Source of the DNA: Deltaproteobacteria bacterium
GTDB taxonomy: Bacteria > CG2-30-53-67
Direction: 5' to 3'
Assembly: GCA_013151235.1 (NCBI GenBank)
Contig: JAADIO010000006.1
Span: 1-61,869, forward strand
DNA length: 61,869 nucleotides
Shown here: positions 56,309 through 61,869 of the stretch, piece after piece
Numbering within the stretch: the stretch's first letter is position 1
How the letters are laid out: each line of letters begins with the position of its first letter
Made by a program: the position numbers and the translations under genes
The notes under the pieces: model-generated
The model's input: the letters and a program-made list of their open reading frames with translations, nothing else
Told to the model about the DNA's origin: nothing
Database searches by the model: none

Positions 56309-57661
56309 TCATAGAACTTTTGCCGCCAATTCCGCCAGTTCCGATCTCTCCCCTTTCATCAGGGTCACGTGACCTGCCAGAGGCACGTTTTTGAACCGTT
56401 CCACCGCATAGGTCAGGCCATTACTGGAAGAGTCGACATAGGGATTGTCGATCTGGTATGGGTCCCCGGTGAGAATGACCTTGGTGCCGTGTCCGGCCCG
56501 ACTCACCACGGTCTTGATCTCATGCGGAGTCAGGTTCTGGGCCTCATCGACAATGAGGTACTGATGATGGAGACTCCGGCCCCGGATATAGGTCAATGGT
56601 TCCATCTGCAGGAGATCCCTTTCCTGCAACTCCTTGAGATTCCACTTCAGATCTTCATCGGGACTGCCGGAAGAGCTCATCAGGAGTTCCATGTTGTCGA
56701 AGATCGGCTGCATCCAGGGACGCAGTTTCTCTTCGATATCTCCCGGCAGATAACCTAGGTCCCGGCCCATCGGAAGGACGGGACGGCAGGCAACCAGCCG
56801 CTGGTAGGCATCCTGCTCCAGGGTTTGCTCCAGCCCGGCGGCCAGGGCCAGGAGGGTCTTGCCGGTGCCGGCGATGCCGATGAGGCTCACCAATCGTACG
56901 GATGGATCCATCAGGAGTTCAAGAGCAAACTTCTGCTCCTTGTTCAGAGGACGGATCCCCCACACCCCGCCCGGATATCTTCGCAACGGTTTCAAAACGT
57001 TTTTGTCGGAATGAAACCGGGCAAGAGCGGAATGAGAAGGAGAACTCTGATCCAGAAGATGAACAAACTCGTTGGGTGACAGTCTATCCGCCTCCCAGGC
57101 AATCTCCTTTTCTCGGAACAGGGAATCGATCACCTCCGTCGTCACTTCATGACGAGCGCAACCAGTAAAGACTTCGCTGATCTCGATCTTATTTGTGGTA
57201 TAGTCCTCCGCACGGATTCCGAAAGCGTTTGCCTTGATCCGCATGTTCGTATCCTTGGTGACAAGAACCACCTCCTGTTTGTTGTCCGCCTGTTTGAGGG
57301 ACAGGGCCACGGAGAGAATCCGGTTATCCGCTTTGGAAATATGGAGTTCCGGCGGCAGCAGGTCGAATACCTTTTTCTCGACATAGACACGGAGCATCCC
57401 GCCCCCCTCGAGCTGCACCCCCTGGGAAAGCCCCTTGTGCATCCTGAGCTCATCTAATTTCCGGGAGACCATCCGGGCGTTCCGCCCCGTTTCATTGAGA
57501 TCTTTCTTGAAGTTGTCCATCTCCTCGATCACCACCACCGGAATGACCACATCGTTCTCTTGAAAGGAGAAGAGGGATGCCGGATCGTAAAGCAGAACAT
57601 TGGTATCGAGAACGTAGACCTTCCGTTCCGGGGCCGGGAGTTGATCGTCAGGTTCCGTCAT
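56309..57661 (-). CDS. PhoH2 (PIN domain-PhoH ATPase)
   Basis: YVLDTNVL, ADNRIL, VTKD, GIAGTGKTLLA, LGYLPG, YIRGRS and DEAQN. Confidence 0.94.
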   Translation of the reverse strand: MTEPDDQLPAPERKVYVLDTNVLLYDPASLFSFQENDVVIPVVVIEEMDNFKKDLNETGRNARMVSRKLDELRMHKGLSQGVQLEGGGMLRVYVEKKVFDLLPPELHISKADNRILSVALSLKQADNKQEVVLVTKDTNMRIKANAFGIRAEDYTTNKIEISEVFTGCARHEVTTEVIDSLFREKEIAWEADRLSPNEFVHLLDQSSPSHSALARFHSDKNVLKPLRRYPGGVWGIRPLNKEQKFALELLMDPSVRLVSLIGIAGTGKTLLALAAGLEQTLEQDAYQRLVACRPVLPMGRDLGYLPGDIEEKLRPWMQPIFDNMELLMSSSGSPDEDLKWNLKELQERDLLQMEPLTYIRGRSLHHQYLIVDEAQNLTPHEIKTVVSRAGHGTKVILTGDPYQIDNPYVDSSSNGLTYAVERFKNVPLAGHVTLMKGERSELAELAAKVL

Positions 57662-57833
57662 CGTGCGATTCCTCTTTATGTCATGACTTTATTTAATTAT
57701 ACCACAACCGGGAGAATTCCTGAAATGCTCTGGTCCTCACCGGATACCGTTTTTTTTTTCATCTTACGGATTTACTTCGCAGAACCAGTCTGCTATTATA
57801 AATACCTTTTCAGTTTGCTTTTCAGGAAAACGT

Positions 57834-60686
57834 ATGAAACAGAATTGTATCGAAATACGGGGTGCCCGGGAACACAATCTGAAAAATATTGATCTAACGA
57901 TCCCGCGGGATAAGCTCATCGTAATCACCGGCCTCTCCGGGTCGGGAAAATCCTCCCTCGCCTTTGACACCATCTATGCGGAAGGGCAGCGGCGATATGT
58001 GGAATCCCTGTCGGCTTATGCCCGCCAGTTCCTTGAGCAGATGGAAAAACCGGACGTAGACCTGATCGAGGGGCTGTCACCGGCCATCTCCATCGAGCAA
58101 AAGACCACCAGCCGTAATCCCCGTTCCACGGTCGCGACGGTCACGGAGATCTACGACTATCTCCGCCTCCTCTTCGCCCGGGTCGGCAAACCTCATTGCT
58201 ATAAATGCGGAAAACCGATCACCTCTCAGACCGTTTCCCAGATCGTGGACCAGATCCTCACCCTGCCGGAGAAGAGCCGGATTCAGATCCTCGCCCCTGT
58301 GGTCCGGGGCCGGAAGGGGGAATACCGGAAGGACTTCCTGCGAATGCGAAAGGACGGTTTCATCCGGGTCCGGGTCGACGGCAAGATGCACGATCTCTCC
58401 GAGGAGATCGTTCTCGATAAGAAAAAGAAACATACCATCGAAATTGTCATCGACCGGCTGGCCATCAAGCCGGAAATCAGCCGGCGGCTGGCCGACTCCA
58501 TCGAACTGGCACTGAAACATGCCGAGGGAATCGTCCTCATCGACGTCATCGGCGGAGAAGAACTCCTCTTTTCCGAACGGCTGGCCTGCATAGATTGCGG
58601 GGTCAGCTATCCCGATATCGATCCGCCCCTCTTCTCCTTCAATAGTCCCCACGGTGCCTGCGAACAGTGCGGGGGAATCGGCACCCTGATGCACCTCGAT
58701 CCGGAACGGGTCGTCCCAAACACTCACCTCTCCCTGCGGGAGGGGGCGCTGAAACCCTGGCAGCGGCGAAGTTCCTTCCATGCCCATCAGGTCATCTCCT
58801 CCCTGGCCCGCCATTATCACTTCGATATCAATACCCCCTACCGGGATCTTCCGGAGGAAATCCGGAAGGTGCTGCTCTACGGGTCCGGCAGCGAAGAGAT
58901 CCGGTTCCAGTTGGAGGGGAAAAGCGACCGTTATACCTATACCCGTCCCTTCGAGGGGATCATCAACAACCTGGAGCGACGCTATCACGAGACCGACTCC
59001 CCTTACGTCCGGGAAGAGATCGAAAGTTTCATGGGGGTCACCCCCTGTCCTGCCTGCCGGGGCACCCGCCTGAAGAAAGAGAGCCTCTCCTTCCAGGTGG
59101 GAGATCTCAATATCGCGGAAGTCACATCGATGTCGATCAAGGAGGCGGAACACTTTTTTCGTCTCCTTGAACTCCCGGCCAGGGACGCGGAGATCGCACA
59201 GCGCATCCTCAAGGAAATCCGGGAACGCCTTGGGTTTCTCAAAAGTGTCGGTCTCGATTATCTTACACTGAACCGTACCGCAGCAACCCTGTCGGGCGGA
59301 GAGGGACAGCGGATCCGACTGGCCACACAGATCGGTTCCTCCCTCGTGGGTGTCCTCTATATCCTCGATGAACCTTCCATCGGTCTCCACCAGAAAGACA
59401 ACCGACGGCTTCTTACAACCCTGATGCGCCTTCGCGACCTCGGCAACACTGTACTTGTCGTTGAACACGACGAAGAGACCATTCTCGCCTCCGACCACGT
59501 CGTCGATATGGGTCCCGGTGCCGGAGAACAGGGTGGAGAAGTCATTGCACAGGGAACCCCCGAAGAAATCATGGCATCTTCCCGCTCCCTCACCGGCCGT
59601 TACCTCTCTCGGGATCTGACCATCCCCACACCGTTACAGAGACGGACGGCCCGGCGGGGCGTCATCACCCTTGTCGGGGCGAGTGAAAACAACCTGAAGG
59701 GAATCAACGTAGAGATTCCGATCGGCCTTTTGACCTGCGTCACCGGTGTTTCCGGTTCCGGCAAGAGTACCCTCGTCATCGAGATTCTCTACAAGGCCCT
59801 GGCACAGCGCCTCTACCGGACCGGAACCAAGGCCGGCGCCGTAAAACATATCCGGGGGATCGAAAAGATCGACAAGGTCATCGACGTCGATCAGTCCCCC
59901 ATCGGCCGAACGCCCCGCTCGAATCCCGCGACCTATACCGGGGTCTTCACCGATATACGAAATCTCTTCGCCCAGGTGCCGGAGGCACGCATGCGGGGGT
60001 ACAAGGCGGGACGATTCAGTTTCAATGTAAAGGGAGGACGATGCGAGGCCTGCCAGGGGGACGGTCTGATCAAAATAGAGATGCACTTTCTCCCCGATAT
60101 TTATGTGGCATGTGACATCTGTAAAGGGAAACGCTATAATCGGGAAACCCTCGATATCCGTTACAAGGGGAAGAACATCGCCGAGGTCCTCGAGATGAGT
60201 GTTTCTCAGGCACTCCGCTTCTTCGAGCCGATTCCCGCAATCCAGCGGAAACTCCAGACCCTCTATGACGTCGGACTCGAATATATTCATCTCGGCCAGT
60301 CGGCGACCACCCTCTCCGGAGGAGAGGCACAACGGGTGAAACTATCGAAGGAGTTGTCCAAAAAAAACACAGGGAAAACCCTCTATATCCTGGACGAGCC
60401 GACAACAGGGCTCCACTTTGCCGACATCCAGAAACTGCTCGATGTTTTAAACCGGCTCGTCGATGCAGGGAATACAATCGTCATCATTGAACACAACCTC
60501 GATGTGATCAAATCGGCCGACCATATTATCGATCTCGGCCCGGAGGGCGGAGACTCAGGCGGGCGGGTCATTGCCCGGGGGACACCGGAGGAAGTGATGG
60601 AGGAGACGGGATCTTATACCGGCCAGTATCTGCGTCTCGCACTTTCCCCCCAGGGCCTTACAGGAGTTCGGTCGTCCTGTTCCTGA
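57834..60686 (+). CDS. uvrA: Excinuclease ABC subunit A
   Basis: [23 protein letters not shown], two ABC ATPase domains and zinc fingers. Confidence 0.98.
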   Translation: MKQNCIEIRGAREHNLKNIDLTIPRDKLIVITGLSGSGKSSLAFDTIYAEGQRRYVESLSAYARQFLEQMEKPDVDLIEGLSPAISIEQKTTSRNPRSTVATVTEIYDYLRLLFARVGKPHCYKCGKPITSQTVSQIVDQILTLPEKSRIQILAPVVRGRKGEYRKDFLRMRKDGFIRVRVDGKMHDLSEEIVLDKKKKHTIEIVIDRLAIKPEISRRLADSIELALKHAEGIVLIDVIGGEELLFSERLACIDCGVSYPDIDPPLFSFNSPHGACEQCGGIGTLMHLDPERVVPNTHLSLREGALKPWQRRSSFHAHQVISSLARHYHFDINTPYRDLPEEIRKVLLYGSGSEEIRFQLEGKSDRYTYTRPFEGIINNLERRYHETDSPYVREEIESFMGVTPCPACRGTRLKKESLSFQVGDLNIAEVTSMSIKEAEHFFRLLELPARDAEIAQRILKEIRERLGFLKSVGLDYLTLNRTAATLSGGEGQRIRLATQIGSSLVGVLYILDEPSIGLHQKDNRRLLTTLMRLRDLGNTVLVVEHDEETILASDHVVDMGPGAGEQGGEVIAQGTPEEIMASSRSLTGRYLSRDLTIPTPLQRRTARRGVITLVGASENNLKGINVEIPIGLLTCVTGVSGSGKSTLVIEILYKALAQRLYRTGTKAGAVKHIRGIEKIDKVIDVDQSPIGRTPRSNPATYTGVFTDIRNLFAQVPEARMRGYKAGRFSFNVKGGRCEACQGDGLIKIEMHFLPDIYVACDICKGKRYNRETLDIRYKGKNIAEVLEMSVSQALRFFEPIPAIQRKLQTLYDVGLEYIHLGQSATTLSGGEAQRVKLSKELSKKNTGKTLYILDEPTTGLHFADIQKLLDVLNRLVDAGNTIVIIEHNLDVIKSADHIIDLGPEGGDSGGRVIARGTPEEVMEETGSYTGQYLRLALSPQGLTGVRSSCS

Positions 60687-60755
60687 AGGAGAAGCCTTAA
60701 GAAAAGGCAATGCAAAAGCCAAGAGCAGACTTGACCCCTTTTGAAGGAGTAGACC

Positions 60756-61784
60756 ATGATCATTGTCATGCAGTCGGATGCCACACCGGAACATCTCGAA
60801 AAAGTCATTCAAAAGATCGAAGAATTGGGGTACACCCCCCACGTAATTCACGGCGTCGAACGGAATGTGATCGGCGCCATCGGAGACGAACGGGAGAAGG
60901 CGCGCCTACAGGTCATTGAAACCATGTCCGGCGTCGAGGAACTCGTCCCGATCCTCAAACCCTACAAACTGGCGAGTCTGGAAGTCAAAAAAGAGAGAAC
61001 CGTCATTTCCGTACGAGGAGCGGAGATCGGGGGCCGTGAACTGATGATCATTGCCGGCCCTTGTTCGGTAGAAACACAAGAACAGATCCTGGAGACGGCC
61101 CGTGCCGTCAAAGCGGCCGGCGCCAGTGTCTTCCGGGGAGGTGCCTTCAAACCGCGCACCTCCCCCTATTCTTTCCAGGGGCTGGGGGAGGACGGGTTGA
61201 AACTCCTGGCCGCCGCCCGGGACGAGACGGGTCTCCCCATTATCACGGAAGTCCTCAACCCCCGGGACCTTGATCTCGTCGCCCGTTACACCGACATTAT
61301 CCAGGTCGGGACCCGGAACATCCAGAACTTCGCTCTTTTAAAAGAGGTCGGGCAGACCGCCAAGCCGGTCCTGCTGAAACGGGGGCTGGCCACAACCCTG
61401 AAAGAATTTCTCATGTCCGCCGAATATATCCTCTCCGAAGGCAATGAAGAGGTAATCCTCTGCGAACGGGGAATCCGGACCTTTGAAACGGCCACCCGGA
61501 ACACCCTGGACCTGAGCTGCATTCCCGTCCTCAAGCGGATGAGTCACCTGCCGATCCTCATCGACCCCAGCCATGCCGTGGGAAGCTGGCCCTATGTGCC
61601 GGCCATGGCCCGAGCGGCGGTTGCTGCCGGCGCCGACGGACTGATGATCGAGGTCCATCCCCACCCGGAAAAAGCCCTGTCCGATGGACCGCAGTCCCTG
61701 AAACCAGAACGTTTCGCGGCGTTGCTGAAAGAGTTGGTCCCCTTTGTCCAGGCTTCCGGAAAAGAAATGCCCGTCAAAGGTTGA
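60756..61784 (+). CDS. aroF: DAHP synthase (type I-beta, N-terminal regulatory domain)
   Basis: [38 protein letters not shown] and DPSH. Confidence 0.95.
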   Translation: MIIVMQSDATPEHLEKVIQKIEELGYTPHVIHGVERNVIGAIGDEREKARLQVIETMSGVEELVPILKPYKLASLEVKKERTVISVRGAEIGGRELMIIAGPCSVETQEQILETARAVKAAGASVFRGGAFKPRTSPYSFQGLGEDGLKLLAAARDETGLPIITEVLNPRDLDLVARYTDIIQVGTRNIQNFALLKEVGQTAKPVLLKRGLATTLKEFLMSAEYILSEGNEEVILCERGIRTFETATRNTLDLSCIPVLKRMSHLPILIDPSHAVGSWPYVPAMARAAVAAGADGLMIEVHPHPEKALSDGPQSLKPERFAALLKELVPFVQASGKEMPVKG

Positions 61785-61869
61785 TGAAGTCGTAAAAAGT
61801 CGTTTTCCGGATTCCGTTCATGGTTCGACAGGCTCACCACGAACGGAATATCAATCACTTACACCGTTC
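61783..61869. mobile_element. Second copy (inverted, truncated by the edge) of the MITE/REP-like element at 9455-9633
   Basis: The reverse complement gaacggtgtaagtgattgatattccgttcgtggtgagcctgtcgaaccatgaacgg...gactttttacgacttcatc aligns with 9500-9633 apart from a ~50-bp insert in the first copy. Confidence 0.8.

Noticed and set aside
1-61869. CRISPR arrays, tRNA/rRNA genes, prophage or transposase genes
   Set aside because: No regularly spaced repeats, cloverleaf signatures or such proteins were recognised by eye. A covariance-model scan could still find small RNAs.

Overview
A ~55% GC bacterial chromosomal segment from an anaerobic respirer. Gene content is Desulfobacterota/Nitrospirota-like (inference only). 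From left to right it contains: (1) a minus-strand periplasmic nitrate reductase operon napAGHBD followed directly by a hydroxylamine-oxidoreductase-family multiheme cytochrome that is cut by the window edge and missing from the ORF track; (2) a divergent cluster of a ferritin-like protein, a DUF2231 protein, a SelD-associated-type oxidoreductase and a rhodanese-ferritin fusion whose catalytic Cys is an in-frame UGA; (3) trkH-trkA followed by two paralogous MshEN/GspE-N + DUF202 membrane proteins carrying 3+2 Arg-heptad repeats; (4) an M1 peptidase-ChaN-PDZ fusion, a glycosyltransferase-TPR protein, ispD-ispF-cysE-U32, ihfB, degP-like and smc; (5) an orphan c-di-GMP-I riboswitch pointing convergently at a stand-alone tubulin/FtsZ-like GTPase with a C-terminal HEAT repeat; (6) two hexaheme c7-type cytochromes, a sigma54-type two-component system and a cytochrome c/FeS/NrfD trio; (7) an ECF sigma/anti-sigma unit with twin divergent promoters; (8) trpB2, a LOG-family protein, a second selenoprotein (peroxiredoxin), PhoH2, uvrA and aroF. 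Two copies of a REP-bearing MITE-like repeat are present. No tRNA, rRNA, CRISPR array or transposase was recognised. The best candidates for undescribed systems are the 3+2 DUF202 pair (possibly a VTC-like pseudo-pentameric channel) and the riboswitch/tubulin-HEAT locus.
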